Positions 21,799 through 32,462 of a stretch of DNA of 64,000 bases are shown piece after piece. The notes under the pieces are model-generated. The model did not search any database. It saw only the letters and a list, made by a program, of their open reading frames with translations, and was not told the DNA's origin. Each line of letters begins with the position of its first letter. Position 1 is the first letter of the stretch. Source of the stretch: Candidatus Moraniibacteriota bacterium (GTDB lineage: Bacteria; Patescibacteriota; Minisyncoccia; Moranbacterales; GCA-2747515); the NCBI GenBank assembly GCA_038208115.1, contig JBBQZC010000004.1, positions 10,530 to 74,529 on the forward strand, read 5' to 3'. The position numbers were made by a program, and so were the translations under genes.

Positions 21799-23649
21799 TT
21801 ATTCTTCTTCCTTATGAATCTTTTTTTGCTTTTTGATATCCTCCAGCATTTGTTCTTCATCTGTGATCTCATCCAGCTTCCCTCCGATGCTCATATCACC
21901 TTCTGTCACACGTTCCAATTCTGATAGGGTTGTCAGTCCTAACAACATTTTCAACATACCATCCTGCTTAAGAGTGATGAATCCTTTTGTCCGCGCGAGC
22001 TTTTCGATTTTGACGATATTTCCATCTTCTTCGACAATCATATTTTGCATCTCATTATCAAGCTCAATTGCCTCATACAATGCTAATCGACCCTTCAATC
22101 CCAACTGACCACATTTTTCGCAACCTTTCCCATGATGTAATTTGATACCATCTGAGAGATCCACTCCATATTTTTTGATCTCTTCTTCTGGGACACTTGC
22201 AATTTCATTTTCTATCCGTTTAATGATATTTTCTGGCACCTGCATTTCCTCTTTGCAGTTTTCACAAATGCTACGCACGAGCCTCTGTGCAGCAATCACG
22301 CGCACGGAAGATGCAATAAGAAATGGCTCCACGCCGAGATCAATAAGTCGAGGTAGCGCACCGATCGCATTATTTGTATGTACTGTAGAAAAAACGAGAT
22401 GTCCAGTAAGCGCAGCATGCACAGCGAGTTCTGCTGTCTCACCATCGCGGATCTCCCCAACCATGATCACATTTGGATCTTGACGCAAGATACTACGAAG
22501 TCCACTCGCAAATGAATATCCGATTTCTGGTTTTACTTGTGATTGGTTGATCCCTGGCACAAAATATTCTACTGGATCTTCAAGTGTGATGATATTGCGC
22601 TCCTCACCATTCAATATTTTTAAAAAAGCATACAGCGTGGTCGATTTTCCAGATCCTGTCGGACCAGTCATGAGGATCATCCCAAACGGATCTCTGATTC
22701 TTTTGAGAAACATCTCGTGTTGCGTCCCCATCATACCCAGTTCCGTCAGATCAAATGTCTGACGATCTTTTTCCAAAACACGCATTACGATCTTTTCTCC
22801 TTCCACTACAGGTAAGCTCGATACACGAAAATCAACATCATCTCCCTTATCATTGATCCGGAAACGCCCATCCTGTGGCTTGCGCTTTTCATCGATCTTC
22901 AAATTTGAAAGAATTTTGATACGAGATATCACAGCCTTACCCACTTCCTCTGGAAATGTGAGAGATGCATGCAAAACACCATCCTGACGAAAGCGTACAC
23001 GATATGTTTTATCGATTGGCTCGATATGAATATCTGACGCTTTGCCATCCAATGCATGTTTGATAATCACGTGTACCAATTTTGCGACAGGCGCATCTTG
23101 AATACTATCTCGATCGCCCGCATTTGATTGATCAGATTTTACTTCACCTTCAATTTCAAATGATTGCACGACATCCTCAACAGCTTTTTCTGCGCTACCA
23201 TACAAGGCAAAGAATTTTTCTAAAAGAATATCTGAAATGAGATACACAGCGATATTCATACGATCCTTTTGCGCAATAAACCGTAAAACGTTGAGTGCAT
23301 CAACACTTTGCACATCCACCATCGCAACGTGTAGTGTATTTGATGCAACATCCTTATCAAATATCACCATGTGATTTTTACGCGCAATGTCTTCTGCAAG
23401 TGATTGAATCGACTCTCGACTAGATCGTGAGGGAACACTTAACAAAGCCTCCACACCCAGCTCTTTTGCGCGAGCGACGATTGCATCATCGGAATCATTT
23501 TCGTCTGTCTTTGCCTGCGGTGTATCTTGCGGTAGATCTTGCGGTGCATTTTCAGTCACGTCAGATTGTGTAATCTGCACGTCATTATCACCATCTTCTT
23601 CTATCACAATTTTTTCTTCTATTGTGTTATTATTATCTTCTTGCATCAT
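21799..23649 (-). CDS. pilB: type IV pilus assembly ATPase PilB/GspE
   Basis: Walker A 'GPTGSGKSTTLYA', C-terminal Zn tetracysteine 'CENCKEE...CEKCGQ'. Acidic N-terminal extension and a GSPII_E N-terminal domain. Confidence 0.9.
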   Translation of the reverse strand: MMQEDNNNTIEEKIVIEEDGDNDVQITQSDVTENAPQDLPQDTPQAKTDENDSDDAIVARAKELGVEALLSVPSRSSRESIQSLAEDIARKNHMVIFDKDVASNTLHVAMVDVQSVDALNVLRFIAQKDRMNIAVYLISDILLEKFFALYGSAEKAVEDVVQSFEIEGEVKSDQSNAGDRDSIQDAPVAKLVHVIIKHALDGKASDIHIEPIDKTYRVRFRQDGVLHASLTFPEEVGKAVISRIKILSNLKIDEKRKPQDGRFRINDKGDDVDFRVSSLPVVEGEKIVMRVLEKDRQTFDLTELGMMGTQHEMFLKRIRDPFGMILMTGPTGSGKSTTLYAFLKILNGEERNIITLEDPVEYFVPGINQSQVKPEIGYSFASGLRSILRQDPNVIMVGEIRDGETAELAVHAALTGHLVFSTVHTNNAIGALPRLIDLGVEPFLIASSVRVIAAQRLVRSICENCKEEMQVPENIIKRIENEIASVPEEEIKKYGVDLSDGIKLHHGKGCEKCGQLGLKGRLALYEAIELDNEMQNMIVEEDGNIVKIEKLARTKGFITLKQDGMLKMLLGLTTLSELERVTEGDMSIGGKLDEITDEEQMLEDIKKQKKIHKEEE

Positions 23650-23655
23650 TTTGTT

Positions 23656-24369
23656 TTATGGTAAAAATGGATTTACACGCTGTTTTGGCTCTGTGACCAA
23701 TTTATCCGTCTCCGCGCTTGAATTCATCACCGTATCGATTAGATCATAATCTACAACCTGATTAAAATACGTGGGATCAATTTTTTCTTCTCCAGGAATA
23801 TATCCATACGCAAACGTGATCACACCACTCAATAATTGTTCTTGAGGAACAGCATCTTCCTCTCCTTCTTTTGCATCTTTCTTTTCAACTTTTGTAAGCT
23901 CAAATGTCTTAAATGCATACAGTCTCTTCAAATGAAACAATTCATTCGAAAATTTCTTCACACTCTCATAGGTTCCACTGACAAGCATCTTTCCCTCGAT
24001 CAAATATGACGCTTGATCAGTTGCTGCACTTGATTTCACATCCTGACGACCCTCAGCAAATCCCATAGAAAAAAGACTAACACCTGTTTTTTCTGCAAGC
24101 TGTGATACATCACTGAGCAATATTTCCTCACGCTGATCATTAGGTACAAAGTCATTCACAAAGTCCACTTCTGTTGAATGACTTTTGACACTTTGCACGA
24201 ACGACTTAACACTGTTCAATTTGCTATTTGCAGCAGCAAGAGATTCTTCTTTTTGTATTATTAGTTGTTTTTCTGCTGATACTGATTTCCAAATTGGCAC
24301 AACTTGTCCAATAACAAAATACATGACAAGTAGCAGTATTACAGGAAACATGAGTATTCTTATGATCAT
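23656..24369 (-). CDS. PilO-like type IV pilus assembly protein
   Basis: Single N-terminal TM, a coiled-coil segment and then a soluble domain. Position between the PilN-like gene and pilB. Confidence 0.45.
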   Translation of the reverse strand: MIIRILMFPVILLLVMYFVIGQVVPIWKSVSAEKQLIIQKEESLAAANSKLNSVKSFVQSVKSHSTEVDFVNDFVPNDQREEILLSDVSQLAEKTGVSLFSMGFAEGRQDVKSSAATDQASYLIEGKMLVSGTYESVKKFSNELFHLKRLYAFKTFELTKVEKKDAKEGEEDAVPQEQLLSGVITFAYGYIPGEEKIDPTYFNQVVDYDLIDTVMNSSAETDKLVTEPKQRVNPFLP

Positions 24370-24408
24370 ATTTTTATTTTATTTTATAAAAACCACTTAT
24401 TAATATAA

Positions 24409-25206
24409 TTACTGATTCACTTTTACTGAAGTATTTTCGGACTGCGTCGTATCAACTTGCACACTCGAACCGTCAGATTGTGCATCGACTTGCACACGGG
24501 ATCCATCCGATTGCACATCGACCCCATTTGAGCCTGATGTATCACTTTGCGTCTGATTCATACCTGCATCTCCATTTTTTTCAAATGGCATCTTTTTATA
24601 ACCATTTACATCCATCGTCAATGTAAATATGATCCGACCAGACTCGTCGCGATCTGTAGTCCCTACTTCGACATTGTCAAAAAAAGTACTCTTCTTGAAC
24701 ATTGCAATTTGCTGTGCCATTACATCAAATGAATCTGCATCTGCAGAAATCGTGATATTGCCTCTTCCTGTAATGACAGCACTCGCTGTCCCTACTGTCT
24801 TTTTTTCCTTAGCACCGGAATTATGTTGAAATGATTTCAATACGACACGATTTCCAGAATTATCAGATTCTTTCAATATCATAATTTTTTCAATCTCTTG
24901 CAATATATCATTTGTATCATAGCCACGATATATCTCTTTTTCCATCGCATCCGCACGCACAGCAAAATCAGACACATCATCTGACATTGCGTTCTGTATT
25001 TGATCATTTACATCAAGTGTTTCTTGTTCCAAATCTGCAGAATGAGCCTTGAGAGAGCTATCCCACATTTTAAGTGCACCCCATACAATAAGCACTACAA
25101 CGAGAGTGCCAAAAGCGACTAATAAACCACGTGAAACCATTTTTTTCCGTGGAGCACCATCGAAATTGTCATCAGATGTGCTTTTAAAGCCTGTACCTGA
25201 AACCAT
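24409..25206 (-). CDS. PilN-like type IV pilus assembly protein with C-terminal repeat tail
   Basis: Short cytoplasmic N-terminus, one TM, a coiled coil and a periplasmic domain. The last ~45 aa are tandem 'VQVDxQSDGS' repeats. Confidence 0.45.
   Translation of the reverse strand: MVSGTGFKSTSDDNFDGAPRKKMVSRGLLVAFGTLVVVLIVWGALKMWDSSLKAHSADLEQETLDVNDQIQNAMSDDVSDFAVRADAMEKEIYRGYDTNDILQEIEKIMILKESDNSGNRVVLKSFQHNSGAKEKKTVGTASAVITGRGNITISADADSFDVMAQQIAMFKKSTFFDNVEVGTTDRDESGRIIFTLTMDVNGYKKMPFEKNGDAGMNQTQSDTSGSNGVDVQSDGSRVQVDAQSDGSSVQVDTTQSENTSVKVNQ
24420..24545. repeat. about 27-bp tandem direct repeats (3-4 copies) inside the 3' end of the PilN-like gene
   Basis: Repeated 'cgtcagattgtgcatcgacttgcacac'-like units visible at 24424-24505. 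Confidence 0.6.
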
Positions 25207-25240
25207 AATCTTTTATTTTAATGATTTAATTTATATATAT

Positions 25241-26287
25241 TTATTTATCTTTTTGATCTTCGATCTCACGAAGTGCTAACCCAATCGCAACAGAAAATGA
25301 TAATCCCAAATTCTTGATATCACCAGATGCTTTTTCATCATACACAATATGACTGAGCGGATTACCGATCGTCACTTTCAATCCCGTTAACTGCGTCAGG
25401 TATTCTGGTAAACCGACAAGACGTGCGCTCCCCCCACACAACACCAAAGACTCTACGACATCGCTTTTTTGAGTATCCAAAACACGCTTCACCTCATTTG
25501 CCACAAAATTCAATGAAGGAAAACCCACCTTGGTCGGACCAGTAAAAAAATCTTCACCACCCTCTTTGAGTGCTACAGCTCTTTCTCGTGAAATATTTAA
25601 TCCTTGCATAATCGCATTTGTCATGTCTGCACCTCCGATGTCAACACTACGACTGACATGTACAATGCCATTTTCAATAAGCACAATATTTGTGGTCTTG
25701 GCGCCAATATCAACTAAAATAAACCGTCCCTTTGTACTACCGATAACCGATCGTGCCAGAGAAAATGATTCTAATTCCAAAGAATCGATCGCAATATTCA
25801 CATCCTTGAAAAGTCCGTCGTAATATTGCACTTCACTTTTTGGTGCAGCGACTAACAGAACTTTCATTGTTGGTTTTTCTTTATCTTTTTCATCTTCACT
25901 CAAGATCTCCCAGCTGACATTCACTTCATCAAGAGAGGCTGGTATGTATCGCCGAGATTCAAATTTGATCGCAGCAGCGACGTCTTTTTCGCTCATGCGA
26001 GGAAAATCAACGATCAACACGAGACCATTAAAACTCGGGATTGCCACAATCGCCTTACGTGCCGTTGGTTTCATTTGTACGAAAAGTTCCTTTAAAGCAT
26101 CGCTTAAACGTTTTGCATAATCGTTATCATATGCATCAGGTACTTCTTTGATATTGGTGACATTAACCCATCCATAATTCGTGAGATATGGTTTTCCCTT
26201 GGACAACTTTAATTCAACAGCTTTGATCGATTGCGTCCCAAAATCAACGCCAAGATAATATTCGGAATGTGATGAAAACAATGACAT
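25241..26287 (-). CDS. pilM: type IV pilus assembly ATPase-fold protein PilM
   Basis: Actin/FtsA-like. 'YLGVDFGTQSIKAVEL' phosphate-1 motif and 'LVDIGAKTTN'. Confidence 0.8.
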   Translation of the reverse strand: MSLFSSHSEYYLGVDFGTQSIKAVELKLSKGKPYLTNYGWVNVTNIKEVPDAYDNDYAKRLSDALKELFVQMKPTARKAIVAIPSFNGLVLIVDFPRMSEKDVAAAIKFESRRYIPASLDEVNVSWEILSEDEKDKEKPTMKVLLVAAPKSEVQYYDGLFKDVNIAIDSLELESFSLARSVIGSTKGRFILVDIGAKTTNIVLIENGIVHVSRSVDIGGADMTNAIMQGLNISRERAVALKEGGEDFFTGPTKVGFPSLNFVANEVKRVLDTQKSDVVESLVLCGGSARLVGLPEYLTQLTGLKVTIGNPLSHIVYDEKASGDIKNLGLSFSVAIGLALREIEDQKDK

Positions 26288-26360
26288 AAATATTTTTGAA
26301 TTTTATATTTGCTTTTTACAGTATACCATACATAAGTAAATTATCACAACAAGATCTTGT

Positions 26361-27491
26361 CTATACTATTTCCTTTGCATCCACCGGTTCATCTGACACA
26401 TCTCTCCCTGCATCCATATCTGCATGGTCTTTTTTCAATATGTCTTTTACAAATGCATGGACTTCTTTGACGATCTGCTCACGCAATTTTTTATCCAATC
26501 GCAACATCGCTTTTGCACTTTCCCGACCCACGCCGAGCTTTACATCTTTATAGCTGTATGAATTACCCTTTTTTGTAATGATCTCATGCAGTGAACCCAC
26601 ATCTAGCACATCACCCGCAAGCGAGATGCCTTCATTATACATAATATCAAATTCTGCAATCTTGAAGGGAGCTGCTACCTTATTTTTTACAACTTTCACT
26701 TTTACACGATTACCCACGACGTCATCGCCCTTTTTGATCTGAGCAGCGCGACGCACATCCATACGCATTGATGAATAAAATTTCAGAGCATTTCCGCCAG
26801 TAGTTGTCTCAGGATTACCAAATACTATGCCGATCTTCATACGAATCTGATTGATAAATATCACGACACAGTTGGATTTTGCGATGATCGATGTCAATTT
26901 ACGAAGTGCTTGGCTCATGAGACGTGCTTGACGACCCATGTGTTGATCCCCCATTTCACCGTCGATCTCTGCTTGAGGTGTCAATGCAGCAACTGAGTCA
27001 ATCACGATAACATCCACAGCATCAGATCGCACCAATGTCTCTACAATATCCAACGCCTGTTCACCTGCGTCTGGTTGTGATACTAGTAATTCATCAATAT
27101 TCACACCGATATTTCTCGCATATTCAGGATCGAGTGCATGTTCAGCATCCACAAAAGCCGCTACACCACCATCTCGCTGTGCATTTGCCACAATATGTAA
27201 TGCCAAAGTCGTCTTACCCGATGACTCTGGTCCGTAGATCTCGATGATGCGACCGCGTGGCACACCACCAATACCTGTTGCAATATCAAGAGATAACGAA
27301 CCTGTCGAAATTACTGCCACATCAACTCTGGGGACATCTCCCAATTTCATCAACATTCCATCACCAAATTTTGTCCGAATTTCTTTCACGACAGCATCTA
27401 TGCTTTTACTCCCTTCACTCTTATCACCTTTCTTTTTAGCCATTTTTTTGAATAAACGAATTACATCATTTTCCCCCATTGCCTCCTCCAC
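26361..27491 (-). CDS. recA: recombinase RecA
   Basis: '[39 protein letters not shown]' is a near-canonical RecA core. There are about 17 extra N-terminal residues, so the true start may be Met17 (27443). Confidence 0.95.
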   Translation of the reverse strand: MEEAMGENDVIRLFKKMAKKKGDKSEGSKSIDAVVKEIRTKFGDGMLMKLGDVPRVDVAVISTGSLSLDIATGIGGVPRGRIIEIYGPESSGKTTLALHIVANAQRDGGVAAFVDAEHALDPEYARNIGVNIDELLVSQPDAGEQALDIVETLVRSDAVDVIVIDSVAALTPQAEIDGEMGDQHMGRQARLMSQALRKLTSIIAKSNCVVIFINQIRMKIGIVFGNPETTTGGNALKFYSSMRMDVRRAAQIKKGDDVVGNRVKVKVVKNKVAAPFKIAEFDIMYNEGISLAGDVLDVGSLHEIITKKGNSYSYKDVKLGVGRESAKAMLRLDKKLREQIVKEVHAFVKDILKKDHADMDAGRDVSDEPVDAKEIV

Positions 27492-27551
27492 TAAAACATC
27501 ATTTTATCTAAAACTATAAGCATAGATATTATATCAAAACTCCTGAAAATG

Positions 27552-28559
27552 TCACGGGGTAACGTTTTTATCATCACCCTTATCCAAATCATCGTTTTTT
27601 ACTTCCTGTGCGTAAACCTTATCTTTTACTATTTCATCTTTCTTGCTTATCTGATCATATGTCTCACCATCCAAACTTACCAGAGTATCACTTCCGCTAC
27701 TTGATGTGATTTTAAATTCACGTAGCGCATTGAATTCTTTAACATCGCCTACGCGAATAGTATCATTGAATACATCCACATCATCTGCTGTAACACTGAG
27801 CCATATGGGATTTTTTTCCGTTTTGATAAATAAATGAATTGGCTCCAACATTAGCTCTTCCTTTTGTTCTTGTTCTACGACATATTGTGCATCAATAATA
27901 AGATTCTCAACAGTTTCTTTGTCAAATTTATTCACACTTTTAACTTGCACAGTATTAATACCTTGTGCCAAACCAACATCATCCACAAATAATCCATCTA
28001 TATCAACAAATACTTGCTGTCCATTGATAAAAACGCGTGAATTATTACGCGTCTTCCCTTGGACACGGACAGAATCACTCATCACAACACTATCATGGGC
28101 TGGACTATCCACGATTAACCATGGGGATGATATGAAATTATCCACACTAAAATACAAATACATTCCCACAGCGCTCAAAATCAAAAGACCAAACCCAACT
28201 ACCAAAATGCGTGGTGTGAACACAAATCGTGGTACTTTTGGCAACTTACTAAATGTTTCCTCCTCATCTGTATTATTGATGTTATGATACACACTATATT
28301 CTCTCTCAAATAGATTCAATAAAACCTTCTCAGGAACACCAAAAAAACGTGCCTGAGATTGCACAAAGCCCTTCACATACACTTTCGTTGGCAAAATATT
28401 ATATTGTCCTTTTTCCAACGCATCCAGATATTGCTCTTTGACATTGATTTTTCGTGAAAGATCATGTATTCGCATGCGACGATCTTCACGAAGTTGTCGT
28501 AACTTTTCTCCAAGTGTCAAAGAACCTACCTTTTTACGTACAAAACTTCGATCATTCAT
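27552..28559 (-). CDS. RodZ-like helix-turn-helix (HTH) membrane protein (DUF4115 C-terminal)
   Basis: N-terminal XRE-like HTH ('LGEKLRQLREDRRMRIHDLSRKINV'), a single TM and a C-terminal beta domain. Confidence 0.55.
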   Translation of the reverse strand: MNDRSFVRKKVGSLTLGEKLRQLREDRRMRIHDLSRKINVKEQYLDALEKGQYNILPTKVYVKGFVQSQARFFGVPEKVLLNLFEREYSVYHNINNTDEEETFSKLPKVPRFVFTPRILVVGFGLLILSAVGMYLYFSVDNFISSPWLIVDSPAHDSVVMSDSVRVQGKTRNNSRVFINGQQVFVDIDGLFVDDVGLAQGINTVQVKSVNKFDKETVENLIIDAQYVVEQEQKEELMLEPIHLFIKTEKNPIWLSVTADDVDVFNDTIRVGDVKEFNALREFKITSSSGSDTLVSLDGETYDQISKKDEIVKDKVYAQEVKNDDLDKGDDKNVTP

Positions 28560-28618
28560 AACACATAAATATCACTTTTCCACTATTTTACATCTACTAC
28601 AATATCCGATCAATCCAT

Positions 28619-30955
28619 TTATTCTTCAAAGCTTTCATCTGCTGTTTCTTGCGAAATCAATACACGCCGTGGCTTTTGTCCATCTGGAGCGCCAATTACA
28701 CCTCTTTCCTCCAATTCATCCATAAGTCGCGCAGCACGAGAATATCCTACACGCAGTCGTCTTTGAATATACGATGTGGAAGCCTTTCCAGCTTCGATCA
28801 CAAGAGCCTTGGCTTCCTCATACACAGGATCTTCACCACCAACACTTTTTGCCACACTATCAAAATCCACCATTGTCCCTGCATGAGAACTGGGATGTGT
28901 TACATCATTGCCGCTGAAATCCTCACTGATATCGTACGCACCTATGATCTCTGCTTGTCGTTTGATAAATTCAACAACCTGCTTTACTTCTTCTTCTTCA
29001 ACATATGCACTCTGCAATCGATGGGGATTGGAACTTTGTGGCCCGAGAAACAACATATCACCATTACCCACTAGCTTCTCCGCACCTGGGACATCAAGGA
29101 TCGTACGAGAGTCAATATTTGTAGCAACGCGAAGTGCGATGCGCGTTGGGAGGTTTGCCTTGATCAATCCTGTGATCACCTCTACGCTTGGACGTTGTGT
29201 AGAAATAATGAGATGAATACCAATTGCACGAGACATTTGCGCGATACGTACAATCACACCTTCAACTTCTTTGCCGTGTGATGACATCAAATCTGATAAT
29301 TCATCAATGACGATTACAATTGCTGGGAGATTTTCTATTGGCTCATGGCACTTCTTTCCAGTATCTGGATCGATAAATATATGTTGTTCACCTGCATCAC
29401 GTTTTTTATTATATGACTCAATATCACGTGATCCTGTTTCTTGAAGCAATTTATATCGCCGTTCCATTTCTGACACAGACCATTTGAGCGCATTGATCAC
29501 TTTACCATTATCTACGATCACGTCAGAAAGCAAATGTGGTATACCACTATATAATGTCAGTTCCACACGCTTTGGATCCACTAAAATCAACTTCAGATCT
29601 TCAGGAGAATTTTTATATAAAAGAGAAAGCAGAATACAGTTGATCGTAACAGATTTTCCTGATCCCGTTGTCCCTGCCACAAGCAAATGTGGCATTTTTG
29701 CTAAATTCTCGAAAACATAATCACCATTTACATCTTCACCAAGAGCCAATAATAATTTCTTTTCTGATTTACTAAATGCATCTGTCATCACAAGATCTCG
29801 CATTCGCACAGTTGCTGGTGTTTTATTAGGGACTTCAATACCCACCAAAGATTTTCCAGGGATTGGAGCTTCGATACGGATCGGATGTGCAGCTAATGCA
29901 AGCGCCAAATCTGCGTTTAGTGTCGTGATACGAGACAATTTCACACCACTTTGTGGACGAAAACTGTATTGCGTCACTGTCGGTCCAGTGACCACAGCCT
30001 CTAGTTCCATCATGATACCAAAATTTGCAAATGTTTCTTGGATCCGCAACGCATCACGCTTTACATCACCACCCTTAGCTTTACCAGATCCACTTTTTAA
30101 TAATTTTAATGGTGGTAATTCCCACTCAACATCAGCACGCTGTTGATTCTTTTTATGATGCAATACGCTACGTTCTACAATTTCTTCCACTCTTTGTTCA
30201 TTTTTTTGATATTGCTCAAGCACATTGTCCTGTGGCACTTCAATCTCCAATTCTTGTTCATCATCATAATCATCGTAATCCTCATGTGCATCAGAAATTT
30301 TCACTTGTTGATTCACTGTCTCTTGTTCACCATCTTCATCATCACTAACGTCTGCATCAGATAGATCTTTTTTCCTTCGTACAAAAAATGACAATGGTGC
30401 ATCAAACCATGCAAAACGGTCACTCATACCAACCAGTGACATATTAAATGCAACAATAAGTCCCGTCAAAATAACTGCACTCAAAATAATTGTCCCCGCA
30501 ATTTTTCCGGTAAATGTCACTAAAACGCCTGCAAGAGAATATCCTAAATATCCACCGCCCACGCCTTCTTTCGCCATAAGCGCATATTGATCCGCAGAAA
30601 ATGGTAATAAATGTAATAATGCCAAAAAACCCCAAAAAGCAATAGCAATCCCAACAATTTTACTTATATAAAAATGTGCATCAACTTTTTTCCGCAATAA
30701 AATATATCCTGCAAAAGCAAAAACAAATGGCGCAATATATTTACCCCATCCAAATATCATGCCAACTCCCGTATTCATCTTGATCCCAGCAGGACCTGCA
30801 GCATTAAAAAAACCTAATACAAATATCGCAGCAATCACAAACAAAAATATCGCAGCAATCGAACGTTTTGCATGACCACTTAAATGAAGTGCGACAAAAT
30901 CTTGACCATCACCCTCAGCAGCATCTTCTTCTTTCTTATTTTTTTTTGCAGACAT
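28619..30955 (-). CDS. ftsK: DNA translocase FtsK/SpoIIIE
   Basis: N-terminal four TM segments, acidic linker, Walker A 'GTTGSGKSVTINC' and a C-terminal gamma winged-helix ('STSYIQRRLRVGYSRAARLMDELE'). Confidence 0.9.
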   Translation of the reverse strand: MSAKKNKKEEDAAEGDGQDFVALHLSGHAKRSIAAIFLFVIAAIFVLGFFNAAGPAGIKMNTGVGMIFGWGKYIAPFVFAFAGYILLRKKVDAHFYISKIVGIAIAFWGFLALLHLLPFSADQYALMAKEGVGGGYLGYSLAGVLVTFTGKIAGTIILSAVILTGLIVAFNMSLVGMSDRFAWFDAPLSFFVRRKKDLSDADVSDDEDGEQETVNQQVKISDAHEDYDDYDDEQELEIEVPQDNVLEQYQKNEQRVEEIVERSVLHHKKNQQRADVEWELPPLKLLKSGSGKAKGGDVKRDALRIQETFANFGIMMELEAVVTGPTVTQYSFRPQSGVKLSRITTLNADLALALAAHPIRIEAPIPGKSLVGIEVPNKTPATVRMRDLVMTDAFSKSEKKLLLALGEDVNGDYVFENLAKMPHLLVAGTTGSGKSVTINCILLSLLYKNSPEDLKLILVDPKRVELTLYSGIPHLLSDVIVDNGKVINALKWSVSEMERRYKLLQETGSRDIESYNKKRDAGEQHIFIDPDTGKKCHEPIENLPAIVIVIDELSDLMSSHGKEVEGVIVRIAQMSRAIGIHLIISTQRPSVEVITGLIKANLPTRIALRVATNIDSRTILDVPGAEKLVGNGDMLFLGPQSSNPHRLQSAYVEEEEVKQVVEFIKRQAEIIGAYDISEDFSGNDVTHPSSHAGTMVDFDSVAKSVGGEDPVYEEAKALVIEAGKASTSYIQRRLRVGYSRAARLMDELEERGVIGAPDGQKPRRVLISQETADESFEE

Positions 30956-31041
30956 AAATTCCAGTTTTTTTATTCATAATCATCATATTTTATTCTAACA
31001 CGAAAAATCAGTTTACTACAATAATGGTACATTTTTCCTAT

Positions 31042-31071
31042 AAAAAATCGGCTTTCGAAAAAGCCGATTTT
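31042..31071 (-). terminator. Rho-independent (bidirectional) terminator
   Basis: aaaaaatcggctttc-gaaa-aagccgatttt perfect hairpin flanked by A and T runs. Confidence 0.6.
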
Positions 31072-31082
31072 ACAATTATATA

Positions 31083-31589
31083 TTATATGATGTGAAGTTG
31101 ACGTGCAATTTCTTGAGCCTCTTCCCATCGCCCATCTTTTCGTAAATCTTGCATTTCTCGCATGAGGTCAAACTTTTCTCTTGTATTTATGACATCAGCC
31201 ATTCTCGTGCCTACTATGGCCGTTTGATACGCATCCCAATCCCCCGCAGCCACTATATCTTTAATCTCTGATTGATTTCTTATTTTATGTGGCATATTTT
31301 CAGAACGTTCTATACCAGCATTTTCCAAAACCTCTCGTGCCTTCTCAAAATCACCCATTTTGCGGAAATTATGAGCCACGTGAATCGCATCAAACGTTTT
31401 AGATGTGGAAAAATCTATTAATCGATGTTGGTTTTCGTGTAATTTTTCTTTTTCTACGACACGGTGAACTGCATCACGTCGTAAATTTTTATTATTATGG
31501 AATGATGCTTGTGCAACACCCACACCAATCGATCCGGCAGCAACAACTGTCACCAAAGAACTTATAAATATTCTCTTATTATTCTTCAT
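31083..31589 (-). CDS. secreted hypothetical protein
   Basis: Probable start at internal Met31 ('MKNNKRIFISSLVTVVAAGSIGVGVAQA' signal peptide). The ORF extends to 31679 in the track. No recognisable domain. Confidence 0.4.
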   Translation of the reverse strand: MKNNKRIFISSLVTVVAAGSIGVGVAQASFHNNKNLRRDAVHRVVEKEKLHENQHRLIDFSTSKTFDAIHVAHNFRKMGDFEKAREVLENAGIERSENMPHKIRNQSEIKDIVAAGDWDAYQTAIVGTRMADVINTREKFDLMREMQDLRKDGRWEEAQEIARQLHII

Positions 31590-31713
31590 AATGCATGCAT
31601 GTGCTAAATGATTATTACCCTTGCACATTCCTTTACGCATATCAATTGTAAATTCTTTCATAACAAAAACACTCTTCATTGAAAAGAAAAGAGTGTCTTT
31701 CTTGCGATATGAT

Positions 31714-32373
31714 CTATCGCACTACGATCTGTACTTTTTTAATACCACTGTTGCCTGCTTTATCATATGCACGCACTTCTAATGTGTATGTGCCCCGCGG
31801 TGTATTTTTTGGGATATTGAAATGGCTATTTGATGTTTTTTCCTTTATGCCTCGAAAATAGTACTTGTAATTTTTTATTTCACTATTATCTTTTGCTTTC
31901 CACCAGACCTTTTCACCGGGATATTTACTCAATCGCGACGGAAGATCAGTAAATTCAGGATCCTCAGTATCAACTTTGATCTTATACTTATCTGAGTCGG
32001 CTTTATTACCATTTTTATCATAATAATCGATAGTCACTGTCCACGTTTTATTATCATCAAAATCAATTTTTTGGAACCATGTGCCATCTTTTGCAATGAC
32101 TATTTTACGATCCTCACCATTTTTTACTGAAATAATAATCCGTCCACCAGCGAGTTCTGGAATTTTCCCTTCGAAAGAGATTTTTTTATCATTTACATAT
32201 AGTTTCTTCCCTGTAATAAATTCAAAGCCTTTTTGTTTACCTTTGAAATCGATGTCTGTATTGATGTGAACTGCATAAACATTCTGAAAAGATCCTCCCG
32301 CCAATACAAAAATCAAAATAATAAAGATTATAAATTGTGTACGTTTTCTATTATTTGGTATTCTAAGCCACAT
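31714..32373 (-). CDS. secreted protein with Ig-like beta-sandwich (Big-like) domain
   Basis: Signal/TM 'FIIFIILIFVLAGGS'. C-terminal 'GTYTLEVRAYDKAGNSG' is typical of Ig-like domains. Confidence 0.4.
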   Translation of the reverse strand: MWLRIPNNRKRTQFIIFIILIFVLAGGSFQNVYAVHINTDIDFKGKQKGFEFITGKKLYVNDKKISFEGKIPELAGGRIIISVKNGEDRKIVIAKDGTWFQKIDFDDNKTWTVTIDYYDKNGNKADSDKYKIKVDTEDPEFTDLPSRLSKYPGEKVWWKAKDNSEIKNYKYYFRGIKEKTSNSHFNIPKNTPRGTYTLEVRAYDKAGNSGIKKVQIVVR

Positions 32374-32462
32374 ATTTTTATTCTTCTAATTCTTCTACTA
32401 TAACACAAAATCACAGTTGTCTCAATTAATCATGTTTATCGAACAGTATGAAAAAACTAGCA

